The notes below the pieces were generated by a model that made no database searches, was not told the origin of the DNA, and saw nothing but the letters and a program-made list of their open reading frames with translations. 64,000 nt of DNA from Mytilus californianus (lineage: Eukaryota), in contig NW_026262690.1 in NCBI RefSeq assembly GCF_021869535.1, forward strand, positions 40,300,001 through 40,364,000, read 5' to 3'. Below are positions 22,691 through 37,165 of the stretch, in pieces. Each line of letters opens with the position of its first letter. Within the stretch, counting starts at the first letter, position 1. Both the position numbers and the translations under genes were made by a program.

Positions 22691-25485
22691 ACAAAAAATC
22701 TTTGCACCTTTGTTTGCGGTATACCATCTTTGCCGCAAGTTTATTGTTTTCTGTTTGGTATTAAATTTATAGTTAAGATCCATGTATTACACCTTGTGAT
22801 CCGTTTATTTGGCAATCGCCAATGGCATTCAGCAGGATTTAAGAACATTTGTTGTTCGACTTGTTAGTCAAATGCGTTTTGTTAAAATATACTTTTTCAC
22901 TTTTTGGTCTTTTGGAAAATGTTGTTTGTGCTGTATTTAGACCCCTCTAACAAGAAATTTGTTTTGCATGCACACGTATAAAAATTGCGGTTTTTATCCA
23001 ACGCAATCATAGGTTTGAACGTTGTTTTCAATTTAGACTTCTTTATAATATATATTTATATATGTTTTGCTCGTTGATAAAGGCCATGCGGTGACCTATA
23101 GATGCTTACATCCACGTAATTTGGTGGATAAGTGTCTCTTTGACAATCATACCACCACCTATTTTTTATAATGATAAATATTTCTCGACCATTAACACTT
23201 GCTTTGAAAATGAAAGTTTATTATGTAAATAGTTTGAAATAAATAAACAGTTAATCAATCAGTAAATAAAAAGATATAAAAAATATAGAATGAAAAGAAA
23301 TAATGAAAAAACCTAGCACCTAACGGTGCACGTCAATATCGGTCAAAATATACTTCATGGTCTGTGGTGTTAACGTACAATCATCCACAATGTCCATACT
23401 ATCCGTTTCATAATACCTCCATTGTTTTACATAAAAGGCAGCACATAATATTCTATAGAAAACAACAGACTATTCTAATTATTGTTCAAAGACGTCACTA
23501 CATTGTAGAGCATGACAGTTCCTTTTTTTCTTTCCTTTCAATACTTTCTCTACAAAACAAAGAAAGTTATCGTTATGCAGCCATTGTACTGATTGATATT
23601 TTAATCTTAGATACATGATTTTTTTTATTAGTTGTTATTGTCTTTGAACTAGCTGTCAGTAACTTCGAGTACTCTCAGATTTGTATTTTGTGTCTTTTTT
23701 GTTGTTATGGGTGTATAAATACCCTGCCACGTCCGGTCTATGTTTTGTTAGATTTTTTCTGCTATGTATCGATCTGATGAATTAAGCCCTTTTCAACTGA
23801 TTGTCGTTGGTTCATGTCTGTCATATTTGTTTTTCGTCAATTATTTTATTAAATTAGGCCGTTAGTTTTCTCAATTGAATAGTTTCATATTTTTCATGTC
23901 GGGGTCTTTTATAGCCGACTATACTTTTCTCATTGTTGAAGGCCCTACAGTAGCCTATAATTTCTTGCATCCACTACATTTGAAGTTTGGTGGATAGTTG
24001 TCTCATTGGCAATCATACCACATCTCCTTATTTTCATATATGTCGAAATAATCAGCATTTAATATTTATGTGCCAGCCTTATGTTTCTCATTAGAATTTC
24101 ATTCAGGGGTCAACATGTGCATGTGTCACTAACCTTGATTGAATAGAAGAATTTATTGCAAACAAAATTAAATAGGATCCACTCATTACTGTCAATATAA
24201 AAGTACGGAGATGTTGTATGAGTACCGATGAGACAAATATCCTTAGACCAAAGGACTAAGAGGTAAACAACTATAGGTTATCGTGCGACACTCAACAATG
24301 AGCAATACCGTATAAGTCATGAAAACATATTCAACCCAGTAGTTTCAGAGTATGAATTATTTACGTCTGGTTAAGAAGTCAACTGTGTAATGAAAAAGAA
24401 ACCTTTATATCTAGTTTTTACAAACTATTCCTTTCACAAATCTGTTATTAAAGTAGGCACACTTGAAACTGAAAAAGTTAGATCTTAACTGATGGATGTC
24501 TTTTCTACACATTTTACTGTTTTTATCAAAGGCCAGATGTCTAGTAACTGCTTGACTTCGTCCGTCCTATCCGTGCTTCCGTCTTTGAAACATCTGAATA
24601 GTTTGAGCCATATTCAACAGTTTTCTTTCAACATTATTATTCAAACTTTGCACAGCTTGAAGATATTCAATGGCCATTTTTGACAGATTTTAAATTAGTT
24701 TAGATTTCCCATGTGTTGAACTTAGTTATTTCTGTCACTGAATACTATATCAGAAACCTAGTTTGTGTCATCTGTAACGCTTACAATTTTCCATCAACAT
24801 TATTCAAAACAGAAGTTGCAAAGCAGGTACAAACACGGTATCTTCTAGTGAAACATAAAGTCAGTTAATCGTTTTTTTTTTTAATGTCCGTTTATATGAA
24901 TCGATTCGTTTTGAGTCTTGATTAACTTCATAATCTGGTTCAGTTGAAAAAGTCTATGAACCTTTTGATACTAAAATACGTGGTATGCATGCTCTTTTTG
25001 GTTCTGATAACCTTATCTTTTATATAACAAATAAGATTGAGAATGGAAACAGGAAATTTGTCAAAGAAACAACAACCCGACCAAAGAGCAGAAATGTCGA
25101 CTCTCTGTTGACCTCTAGGTATCTTTTGATTATTTGGTCGTTGGATTGCTGTCTCATTGACGGATATCCCACATCTTCTTTTATATACACGACTTGCATA
25201 CAGATTTGTATAGTGCACAGGAAATTTTGTATAACAGAAATGTTTAGAGGTATATTTATATAAATTAAACACAGAATCTTCTATATGCGTGTTACTGTTA
25301 CAGTTGGGATCAGTTGTAACCTCACTTAAAATCTGTCAGGAGGACAGGGTAGAATGTTCTAGTGTAGATCTGCTGCTTATAACAGGTCTATGACAGATTA
25401 TTCTGACAGTTATAGAGAGGTATAAACTGATCACAACTGTATTTACAGAAATACACGCAAACTTTACTTTTCAATATACACTTAC

Positions 25486-28400
25486 CTTTCCATATGGTGT
25501 TGATACTTGGTTCCGGTTTACAGGTGTTCTCAATCTAAAGACAACATCAGAAAAATGTTTTACGTTTTTTGTTTGGAAATTTGCCAGGCTAGTTAAATAA
25601 CAATATCAATGTTGGAAAGGAGTTAAAACATCAAATTGCACAAACCGTAAATTATCCCAAGTATTCAAAACCACAGTAGATTTAGAAAATGAATATGACA
25701 TTCCTAAAACAGACAAGCAACACAACAAGACAATGTTGATTACTCAGCAAAGCCCCTTAACAGGCACTTCAAAAATACATTGCAAGATGGTTCAACTATC
25801 AAATAAGTATTATGTTTCCTTATTCTCAGAGCAGAGACAAAACAATCAATACATAACAATAAGAAGGGCACAAAAATACAACCAGTTTTTAAGCACATCG
25901 TCACGTCAAAAAGAAACCAAGGAATGTCAAGCTTCTTGTTAGATTTAATACTATAACTTCAAAATTGTTCTCAAAAACGCAATCTAATTATGCAATGCAC
26001 ATAAAACAACTAATAAAACTTTATTTTAAAGTCGATTGATAAATAGTACGGACAAACTTCATTTGCATATTTTAATAAAATTATCTGTACAGATACAAAA
26101 AGAGAAATATCACCATAGTTTGTGATGATAAAATGCTGGAAACATCATTTGTCACGTTAAAATTGTAATTTACAACATTGTTTTGTATATATTAAATCGG
26201 CGAACAAATCACGTCTAAACAAACAATGAAAAAAGTTCGTTTGTAACAAATATTTCGATTTTTGATACTGTTGAATGCATAGGTCTTTTATAGTGATTAA
26301 GATTATATTACAATCTTGACTGCTGTACTCCAATTTTGACATTTTTACCTTCTACGTCTGTTTGTTTTGCTCACACATTGTTGTCAGTATAATGGAATTC
26401 TATGCGACTGTCATACAAGTGAGATGTTTAGCTAGCTATAAAACCAGGTTTAATCCACCATTTTCTACATAAGGAAATGCCTGTACCAAGTCAGGAACAT
26501 GACAGTTGTTTTCCATTCGTTTTGAATTTCCCTTGGAGTTCGGTATTTTTGTTATTTTACTTTTTACATTATGTAAATATAGATACCTCTTTTCCTCCTC
26601 TGACAGTAGTATCTTCATGGCTTCAATTTCTGCTTTAAGTGGTATGTACGATTCCTTGGATACATTCAATTCTTGCAGTTTTGCAAACACAGCATTTTGC
26701 ATGTCTTGCAATCTTTTCTCCATTTCACGAAGCTGAGCAGCGGCCATTAACCTTTCTTGTGCAATAAGATCTCCCAACGAAATTTTTTCTTGTGATAAAG
26801 AGCTTACCTAAAATAATTCATTAAATATAACGAAGTAATTTACAGGCAATTTGCTGTTTATTAATTGTAAAAAGTACATTTATTTGTTTGTCATCTATAA
26901 AGAATCTGTAATATGCAGTGAATAAAGTTTACATTGGACAACCCTTTTATTTTTGTAATGGAAATTGTTATTGTTTGTTACAATCTTGAATACGAAGGTT
27001 AATGTTTGTGAAAATTTTAACGAAATTGTGATGTTAAAGTTCATAAAATGTACAGAAGAGATAAAAACAGCAACTTCATATGTTGTTATACTTGTTATTC
27101 CATTCTCCTTCGTGTATGTAAAATGTATGCTTGTTGATATAGCTGCAAGTGTTCAATGGGATACCAGCAAGTTTTGTTGAAAATTGAAACGTGTATATCA
27201 GAAATCTTTTAGCACGAATTATAGTCATATCAAATATGCAACTACATGATTGTTGGAAGATTGAAATATTCAGTTCATTTTGTACATTTTTCAATGATTT
27301 TTAACATCATATTTAATATGAACATATATACTTGTGCTTCAAGGTTGGCAATTTTAGCTTTTAAGTCACCGAAATTTCCAAAAATTCCAGCCTTCTCCTT
27401 TTCTAGTCTCGCTAAAGCAGCGGAATCACTCTCCATTTTGACTCTTAAAGCAGAGATCTGAAAAAATAAAATAATTAGAAACTTATTGAAACAAAATTAA
27501 GATAAACGTAGATTATAAGAACCAGTATCATATATACTGAAAAATAATAGCAAAACGCACATTGAATAAAGAACTATCCCATTGATTTGATTGATTTTGT
27601 TTTTTGGTGTTTTAACGCCACTTTTAAGCACCGCTTTTGGACTATTTCGTGGCGGCCAATTTTTATTGGTGGAGGAAGCCGGAGTGCCCGGAGAAAACCA
27701 CCGACCTTCGATAGGAAAACTGACAATCCTAGTCAATTAAGAGTGGAGTCGAGTGCACCCGCACGACTGGGGTTCGAACTCACAACCTCAGTGTTGACTG
27801 GCTAGTGATTACAGTAGTAACTACTTAGACCACTCGGCCATCGAGGCCCCATTGACAAATTTTAAATATACATTTGTAAAATTATTTTGATTAACATTTT
27901 TTTTTTTATTTGTTAGATTGAAAAGACTTATAATATGTGTATTACGCTGTCATTGTGTTTCCTCTCAGTCTCAGCCTGGTGCTTCCTCATATCTTCTTCT
28001 GCTGCTTGTCTTACTTGTCTCAGTAACTGGGGTATATCTGTGTCCGATTTGTTCTGCTCTCGGATTTTAGTCTCCAGATTCACTATAGTAGTTGTTGATG
28101 TATCTAAACGTTGTTTTAAATCATTCAATTGCTGTCTTAGAATGTTATTGTCAAATTCTGCTTTCTTGGAATAGGCAGCAAATTTTTCCTCAATATCTTT
28201 TCTGATTTGCACCTCTTTCTCCCATCTTCAACGTTAAAATGAAAAGGAATTTGAAATAACTGTGATGTGACCTTAAGACAAAGGACAAAGAACACAAAAC
28301 TGAAAACCGACTTTTCTTATGCTGTTCAATTAAAGCTCTCGTTTGCAATATGCTTAATATGACTTGAAATTATCTTTAATATGCAGTGATTATGTATAAC

Positions 28401-31400
28401 AAATATGAGACGCTTTGCCTAGTCGAAGACCTAAATTCGTCCATTTCATTTTTCCTTATCACAAAAAGAAGAACTCATTTTGTTTAAGTTTAAATCTTTT
28501 TTTATTGTCCTTTGTATTTGAATGAAAGGGCTATTCTGTTTAATGGTCTCAGCTGGCTTCCTGAAGGTTGCAATTTTGACATAAAACTATTGGTTTTTGG
28601 AAAAGATACCCTTTCCTACGATCAAAATGTGCAAATTGTTAAACAAGTCTTAAAATTTATGAAGAGATCCTTGGTGTTATAATATCAACATAGGTAAAAC
28701 GCACATCGTCATCCTAATCTCTGTCGTTCTTTCTTTGTCCCCTTTCCTTTTTCAGTATAGTTTAGTAATATTTATGTTATTTATATTATATAATGCTTGT
28801 TTACATTCAGTTCGTATTGTTATATATGTTGTATTGGGATGAAGACTTTATTAGTATGTTTTATTTGTATCTGATCCTATTTGCTGTGAACGAATTAAAA
28901 CATGTTTAAACCATGGAAGTATAATACTTCCATGTTTAAACCATGGAAGTATAATACTTCCATGTTTAAACTAAACAAAAACTGATGGACTTAGTAAAAC
29001 TATGCTGTAACATGGTGTATTATTTTGAGCTTAGCTTGTCTATTCCCCCATTAAAATAGAATGGAATTATTGTTTACCTTCCTTTGAAATCTTCTCTTTC
29101 TCTGGAGAAATCTGCTACTTGTTTTCTTAGCGTGGGACTCTCGTCGACAGGTTTTGGTGCTGACTTTACTTTCGTGAGTTCTTGCTCTAGACAACTTATC
29201 TTCAGTTGATAATTATTGATACTATTGACTAGTTCGTTGTTCTTATTTATTTCTTGTGTCAGCCTAATACAGAAACGTTAATGAATTACAACAAATAAAC
29301 ACAAAGTACACTGGATATGAATAGATCCCTGTTTAGAAACATTTACTAAATTGATTTAATTATGAAATCTTTTACATGTATCACTGAATCTTAGAAATTC
29401 AAATTCAAATTCAAAATTCAAATTCAAATTCTTTCTTTCCTAATCACAGGGCCCTTTCAGGCATTACAAAATTTAACACGATCATTCACACTTTCATACC
29501 AATCTTTCTCACTCCGCTCGCTCTGATTATGTTAATTAGATACAGTACATTAGAACATACAAAACAGTTATTTACCATATGAGTATAAACGACTCCGGGT
29601 GCGGGAGTTTCTCGCTGCATTGAAGACCCATTGGTGGCCTTCGGCTGTTGTCTGCTCTATGGTCGGGTTGTTGTCTCTTTGACACATTCCCCATTTCCAT
29701 TCTCAATTTTATTTTAAGTTCAGAAAGTGAATAAAGAGAGATAACTCTGAGTTTAATGTCGCAGCTTGAATTTTCAAGCAAAATCAATTTGATTTTCGTA
29801 GGAGGTAGTGGATTTAATGACTCTAGCTTATTTAAGATTTGCATTTGACCTTTTTTTTATGCCAATGATTTTCTATTAAAATAAAACATTACCTGTTTTC
29901 CAAATCCTTTATAGCTTGTAAATAGCTACCATTTTGTTGTTGATATTTGTTCTTTTCAGAAACAGTATCTTGAAGCTGTCGTCTGCAAAAAATCAAACTA
30001 GTATATATCGCTTGTATATTGACATGGTCTCCCTATTGCATATAATCTGTTATATTCTGCCTCCTAATCGTCTTAATAGAGAGTTTGTTTGCCTTAAAAA
30101 AATCATTTTCTTCACAGCGAACAACGAATATCAAACATTATGAAATCGTATAAACTTGTAAGTTAAATATAAATACCATTAAGAAGGCGGAATAACTCAA
30201 TAAATCTTTTCTGTTTACTGGGCTACATGGACTGAAGAAAGCAAAATCACATCATTTGATTAACCTTTTTGTATATTAATACAAGGGAACTTTCAAAGAA
30301 CGTAAAACTTTTTGTTGTGTCAGAAGCGCTGGATTTACTATCATTGGAGACGTTCATACCCAAAATATTGAGGGTCGAGGATATATAATTAACTTAACAA
30401 TTGAAGAAATACCAGTATATGATCAAGAGGTGCCAAAAAGAATATCCAAATCCATTTAAGGTTAGATTTGCCATAGGGAGTTGGAACCTTAGTTTTTTTA
30501 ATAATTCCTCAATTTAGCAATGGAGAATTTATAATAATTACAAAAACATGTTATAGATCTTGTCACTACCGAAGCACCGACTACTGTTTTGATAATACTT
30601 TCTGCGGGGACTAACAGTACAACAGCAATGATATAGACCGAGTGCTAGAAAAGTGAGAATAACTCTTATTAATAGATTCGTTACGTCTAAAGCGCTTTAA
30701 TGGGTTTACTTCAATTGGAACACTCATACCTAAAATATTAAAAGCCAAGGATGAACAACTATACATAAACACGTGATGATCAAAAGAGGTTTGCAAGAAA
30801 TATACAAATCCATCTATTTAAAGGTCAACTTTTAATGAAGAAATTGGAAATTTATAGTTACACGAATTTTGTTTTTTGAATTTTCTGTGTCATTTTAAAT
30901 GCTTTAAATCTTAGTACTTTGATTTATTGGGAGATAAAAATATAGTTTGAAACTGTAAACGATTTGATATTTTCCATTTGATAGAATGACATTCAAATGA
31001 ACAAAATTGTTAGCTTTAAGCGTAGTATTAATTTTCAGAGATACTGGAGTATTTTGTCTTATTATTTCATCCAGATTTGGCGCTTGCAGTTGCAACAAAA
31101 TGATTAGTTGTCAGCATCTTTTCAGTTTTTGAAAACATATTCAACTATATTATCAAGACATTCTAGAAACGAAAATTTCTTACCAAGAAGTCACACGAAT
31201 TTTGAATTTGACAAATATTTTATGATGTTTCTAGTGAAAATAAACATTTTCCACGGTTCATAATCATTGTAGAGAATTGAATAGAATATACAAACATTCT
31301 AAACATTTTAGATATATAACTTTTGATTAGTCAATGCAACAGAACGATTTAGTAGACTGTAGAACGACTTTAGACTAAATTTAAAAGTAGACCACATCTT

Positions 31401-34400
31401 TGTTTTTTTTTTTTTTTGTGCGAGTGTGTACGTATGTATGCTTTGCTTAAGAAGTGTGTTGATTATTTTAAGCCCTCTGGGTGTAATCTCAAAATATGTT
31501 CGTATCGTATAGAAACACATGTATTTCGCATGGATTTCGGTCTTATGCGTTTTGTACTACCACTGGGTAGGTACCGTTGTTTAGTGAACTATAAGTCCAC
31601 GAGAACGCAATCTGCAAAGTGCACGGTGCTTTTCTTCTGACAGGATTAAAATAATTCATTTTGTCTTAAAATTCCAGTTCACAAATATAGAATTGTATTT
31701 AAACTAAGGTTGCAACTTCCCCCAGGCAAGGATTGCATTCCATTCGACGGCTTTTTAATTAGTGACATATATACAGTCATTTAGTCCATGGTGGAGAGTT
31801 GTCTCATTGGCAATCATACGACAACATGTACATCTTATTTTCATATATTTTGGCTGGATTTGACACATGTTATTCCAAAAACATGTTACATCGGGATAAG
31901 ACAGGTTTTAATGTCTTTTACTTTTCAGAACTTTCAAACTCGATTTTAACAGAAAGATGGAACTTGCTTTGTTGAATAGTTTTGTGCATCTAAATGAAAT
32001 TTAGAAAAGTTATACGATAGAAATATTATTTAAGGTATGTTAACAATATACCGCCACCTTAGATTGTAAAATAGCAGTACACAATCGGTCTAGTTCTTTG
32101 CTGAAATTTGCAAATTTTGAGACAGATTGGCAATTAATGTGTAAGACTTTATTCAAATTAAGAAAAATAAGTAATGTATTGCATTATTTAGACTGTTTTA
32201 ACAAATACCAAATATTTGTTATGTTTGATTCAATTTTTCAACTTAGCCTTGTAAGGAGAGATACATCTTTCAATAAAAAAATAATATAAATGAATGTTCA
32301 TGAAATGTTCATGTTTTACTTGTAGCAAGAACACAAGTTCGGTGACACAATTTTTTATTTCTATTTTCTTAAAAGAACATTGTAAAACCTATCCCATAGA
32401 TTTCTGTTTTTATTCACAAGAAAAATGTTTGAAAAATAGGCACGGTGACCTTTACTTTTTATTATATTTTTGAAAAAAAATGATAAAATCTACATTTTGG
32501 CAGAGTATGAGAAAATTCTATCTGAAGAAATATTTAGTGATGACCGATACCTAAACCAATTGTTTGGTATCCCCATTGGGTATAAACTTTTTTTTAGTAT
32601 ATGAATAAAAGTAGATTCGCAGTTATCGTCATTGAAACAGCAACACAACGATAATAAAAAAACACCATCTGGTGGGTATTACTTGACACAAATTATCCAT
32701 TTCTATGTATTGAATTGACAGGTACAGAGTCAAACCGGATCAAACAGCCGTCGAAGTTTTAGCAGGTCATAAAATGTGATATTTACTGTATTTTGTAAAT
32801 AGACAGAAGGAAACTGTGTTCCAAAACAATCAATCAGTAAATTTTACATACTCCTTCTTCGTTAACTTTTTTATTTAGTAATTTTATAAACAAATATGTT
32901 TAACATATTCAAGTATATGTTACCTTATATTTTGAAGTTCAGATTCATACATTGCTTTCAGTTTTCCCAATTCATCTTCCAGTATCTTAATAGACTGGAT
33001 GAAAGCAGCAGAATCTGTTTGTCCATTTCTTTCTCCAAGCTGTCTTACTCTAGTGATGTATTCAGATAATCTATTATTCAGTCTCAGTAATTCATCCTTA
33101 TCGGACAATCGTCCGAATGAAGATTGTGGTCTGTAGTTGGTTGTTGGTGTTCCCGGGCTGTACTGTAAACTTTGTAGTCCCTGAGTTGCTGATCGTTCCA
33201 GTCCATGAGTTGCTGACCGTTCCAGTCCATGAGTTGCTGACCGTTCCAATGATCTCGACAAATCACCAACGTTTATTTTGCTCTGCTTATAAGTTGGGTT
33301 TAAGCTTTTCGACATAGAATTACTTTTAGCCAAAGATTTTCCTGGATAGCCATAGTATGTTCTGTAGGTCGTGTTGAAAGAACTTAGAAAAGATAAAATA
33401 AAAATACAACAGCCTCATAAAAAATGTTTCTAAAAAAATAATTTACTTTTCGTGAAAATTTGAAGCTAAATCAAATGAAAGAAACTAAGAAACTCTTGTC
33501 ATAGTTTTTCCACGATGGAACCTATCAGTAGGGACATTGAAATCATCTCATTTGTCTTGAAATTTTGTTCTAATTTGCCCCCTTCTGTCAAAGGTATCTG
33601 TCGTTTATTTAAAGGGTATACATCGTTAATCTAAAGGATAACACTACCTTCTTTTCATTTTTTAAAAAAATTATCTTAATTCATCACCAAATTCTTTAAA
33701 GGGAAAAAAATGAAAGACAGCCACTTTTCTGGTTTCTTACTTGGAACAGAATCCTTGTAATTCTGTTAGAATTGTGTGTTTTGACTAGATAATTCACCGT
33801 TTTCTTTGTAATGAAAATATTGAATTCATTTTAAACTGAGATGACCGCCAAATACACGCATATCAGTGCAGGAACACATTTTTACTAAGAGAGGAATAAA
33901 AGTCCTTACCAACGACGGTGTGAAGGAAGTCTGTTTGGTACAAATAAAGGAATTCACGAGAAAAAAATGCACATTTGGTCCCTACACAAATGCCGACTGT
34001 CTGATGAAAAACACATCAACTAAACATACATTTATTACAAATATATTGTCAAAAAAATTACAGTTTAAAAGAAGCTTTAGCTTAAATCAAAGTGCCTTTG
34101 CAAGTAACATTTGTTTCTTTCAGAAATAGAATACTTATCATACCTGTATCTTCTTTGACCATTTTTTTTTTTTAAATTTAACCTGTTCTTTAGTTAAAAA
34201 CATGAGACAAAAAGTTAGAGAAGTCAAGTGTAATTTTATTGCTTTAGGAGAGGGGCCTAGATTGTTCGTACTCTTCAGATCTTTTGAGAATCCACATATG
34301 ATTCATATCACCTCCATTGTAAACCTGGGTAGGGTTTTGATTGCTGTTTCGTAAAGCAACTGGCAGACCCGGTAATATGACATTGTTTGCTTTACACGCT

Positions 34401-37165
34401 TATATAACTTTTTCCTCCCCAGCAAAACAGTTCTTCATGTTTGGCCGAAAAAGCAAAAAAAACATAACACAGATTTTTGACAAACAAGGATGTCCTCTTG
34501 AATGAGTATCGTTGGGTACCTATGATGATTTTGCTGTGCCTTAAGTTAAAATTTCCGGTACGTCTGTCAGATATACCTAATAATCATACTTCTTTAAAGA
34601 TTCAATTTCTGTAGCTTAAAATTTGTATTTGTTTTTTGTTTTATTTTTTTGTACCATTAGATTTTTTTTATGAATTAACTAATTCTTCATTGTTGTTTGT
34701 TGTATCAACCTCAGAATTTCAGCTTGTTCATTTTTACAGGCAAAAATATAATCCTATGAATCATAATTTCTGTAATAAAACAAATCCCTATCGCTGATCA
34801 TTTTACAATTTACTAGTCTTGAGTGTTGTACATTTAATCGATGTTGAAAGTAAACCCTAGTCCCCAAAAATCAAGTGAATAAATTTTATAAAAAAAAAGT
34901 AACTAATTTAAAATGTATTGAAAAACAGTTTTTCTCTTTGAAAGCATAAAATTCATTGTAGTCATCTTGGAACTTGAAATTGATAGTGGGTTTACGCGAT
35001 ATATCTTGATAGGAAGTCAACGTTTGAACTTTTAATCACAACTCTATCAACTTCAACATTTTTTTAAAACTTGCCATAATTTGTTTTTGTTAATGGTTGA
35101 ATTTTACCATGAGCCAATCTCGAAGAAGACATCAGACACTTTTTAAAGAACTCCGGACGTCATTAACAAATTCGAATCGAGTTGTGTTATGAGACTTATA
35201 GTATTGTAGTCTCGCGGATTGTAATTGGTCACCAAGCTCATTGTTTGTATATATCTACTTCATTTAAAAATCTGATTCCTTGTCTGGATATGGCTATACT
35301 TTAGGTCCTTTTTGTTTTGATCAGCTCTACCAAAGTTTGTATTAGGTTTTGTATTTTCAAATATTTCGTCCTCGAGCATCACTGAAGAGACATTAATTAA
35401 TTGTCAAAATGCGCATCTGGTGCATAAAAATCGGTACTGTTAATGTTGTAATGGTTCTGAGAAATTGTATTAACCTTTGCTTCTTTTTGATTTTTTTCTG
35501 TATACCATTCTCTTTGAAATTGTCGGTTTATTGTTGATTTTAAAGTTTCAAGAGCAGTTCTTTATTTTACAATTGAAAATTGCTTCTATTTTACCAGGTT
35601 TGTACTTTGAGCTTACTCTCAGTCCATGTGATTATTCTTTGTTACGGTATTATTCAGCACTGTTTTATTTGTATGTCTTTGTTGTCTATGATACCGTATA
35701 TTATACTATGTATAGTATAGTGCATTGTCGGTTTGTAATTATGGTTATTCCACTTATCGAATTTAAAACGAAATGTTGAGTGAAAAAAACTTGATCAACC
35801 CTTCCACGTGTTTATCATAAAGATTTGTGCCTGTTCCAAGTCAGGGACATCGTCAGCAGAGGGGTCATTCCTTTATCCTTTGAGAATTAAGATTTATAGA
35901 TTCAAATATCTCTGTGAATTGTTGGGTAAGTGTTTCATTCACGAGTTTTAGTTCTTATTGTCGGTATTTTTATTATTGGTGAGCTTTCACATATCTGGCA
36001 TATAATAATCACGATTTTAATCTTCAATTCGGATTTAATAATGTAGGATATTTAACAAAATAAATGAAGTACGGACTGAAATTGGTATTATATTATTGAT
36101 GAAAATAAATATATGTAATAAGTCTTCACTTTTTTGTGCACCAATAGGTATATATATGTACGTTAAGATGTTATATTTGATATAAAAGTAGAATTTTTAT
36201 TACTTTTAATCTAAAACTAGTGAAAGTGTGTTCTCCTTGTTGAGGCCGTACGGTGGCATTTTATTACTTAGATCTTAGTAATTTGAACTCTGTTGGATAG
36301 TTGTCTCATTGACCCTCATACCACATCCCCATTATTTGTATACTCTAGAACCCAAACGACACGACGAGTATGGGATGGATGAACGTGAAGATAAAATCCT
36401 ATGAATATCTTATATTGCTTTTACTGCTGGATTTTGTAGTTGTAAGAATGTTCCAGTTCTTTTTCTTTTCGATTTCAAACAAATTATGAACGAAAGATAT
36501 TCAATTTAGTATCAAATTATAGTTATATACTGGTTATCAGTACCGTATAATTAACGGATATTTACAAACTTTCTCACCAATAACAGAACACCGACTCGTT
36601 TCACTAAAATACTTACGAGAAAAAATACTGAACTCGTTTTAAGTCCTGAACATTTCAGTATAGCTAAAGAATCAATTTGTGTCTAAAATAAAATTCTGAA
36701 AAGAGCCCCATATAACCGGCAACCGCAATTTAAAAAAAAAAGCCGCAATCAATATGTTTTCATGATCAATATTCATTAATTTAGATTTTTGTATGATATG
36801 TGCATGTTGCCAGACCTTTGTCCTATGCTAAACAATTTCCTCGTGTACTTTATGACTATGGGTCAAATGGTTTTATTTAACAGTCAAATCCCAATTTCTA
36901 ATCTGTATCCAACATACAACGTATTAACACTGCATGTAAATTTGGCTCTCCGTGTTCCAATTTCTTTTTCCGTTAAATATCACGGAAAACAATTTATCTC
37001 CTACATTATATTTCTGACGGAACGTTAACGGGAATATTTTAATGACATAAATAGTTATTAAAGGCTTGAAAAATATATTTCCTAAAATTATCCCCTATGG
37101 TCGGGTAGATTTCGTTGCCCCATGGTATAAAAGTCTTACCTTGGTTGGTACATGCCATAATTCAT
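25486..37165 (-). CDS. Intermediate filament protein IF-B (cytoplasmic IF/lamin-type rod, no lamin tail domain). Exons 37165-37140, 33382-32924, 29263-29078, 28225-27946, 27457-27332, 26807-26587, 25534-25486; final exon uncertain; at least 449 aa
   Basis: Coil 1A motif DKDELLRLNNRLSEYITRVRQL, coil 2 start IPQLLRQVRQAAEED, rod end LKAEIEAMKILLSEEEKR. All introns are GT-AG with consistent phases. The 126-nt and 221-nt exons match the conserved LMNA/vimentin coil-2 exon sizes. Rod exon sizes equal those of IF-A. Confidence 0.9.
27583..27850 (-). mobile_element. tRNA-derived SINE in IF-B intron 4
   Basis: Head GGGGCCTCGATGGCCGAGTGG (A box), GAGTTCGAACCCC (B box), conserved centre ttctccgggcactccggcttcctccacc (V/Meta-type domain, not distinguished), (caat)n-like tail. 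Confidence 0.85.
28905..28971. mobile_element. Two tandem 23-bp hairpin inserts CATGGAAGTATAATACTTCCATG separated and flanked by tttaaac
   Basis: tttaaac 28905-28911, 28935-28941, 28965-28971; inserts 28912-28934 and 28942-28964; 10-bp inverted arms. Confidence 0.7.
34260..34370 (-). mobile_element. Short decayed Naiad RT fragment in IF-B intron 1
   Basis: DMNHMWILKRSEE versus GVNQMWILKNSKD at 16266-16305. Confidence 0.4.
35376..35423 (+). ncRNA. Second-family hammerhead with a mutated core (GAAA to AAAA)
   Basis: gcatca CTGAAGA GACA-loop-TGTC AAAA T-GCGC-A TC tggtgc; 6-bp stem I intact. Confidence 0.65.

Noticed and set aside
32032-32555. Kolobok-like MITE (ttaa|ggta...tacc|taaa)
   Set aside because: The inverted match is only about 4-5 bp and the right TTAA is imperfect; not supportable without other copies.
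34143-34161. ATGGTCAAAGAAGATACAG|gtatga as the first exon of IF-B
   Set aside because: Phase 1, incompatible with the phase-2 acceptor at 33383; the exon at 37165-37140 fits and is homologous to the IF-A first exon.
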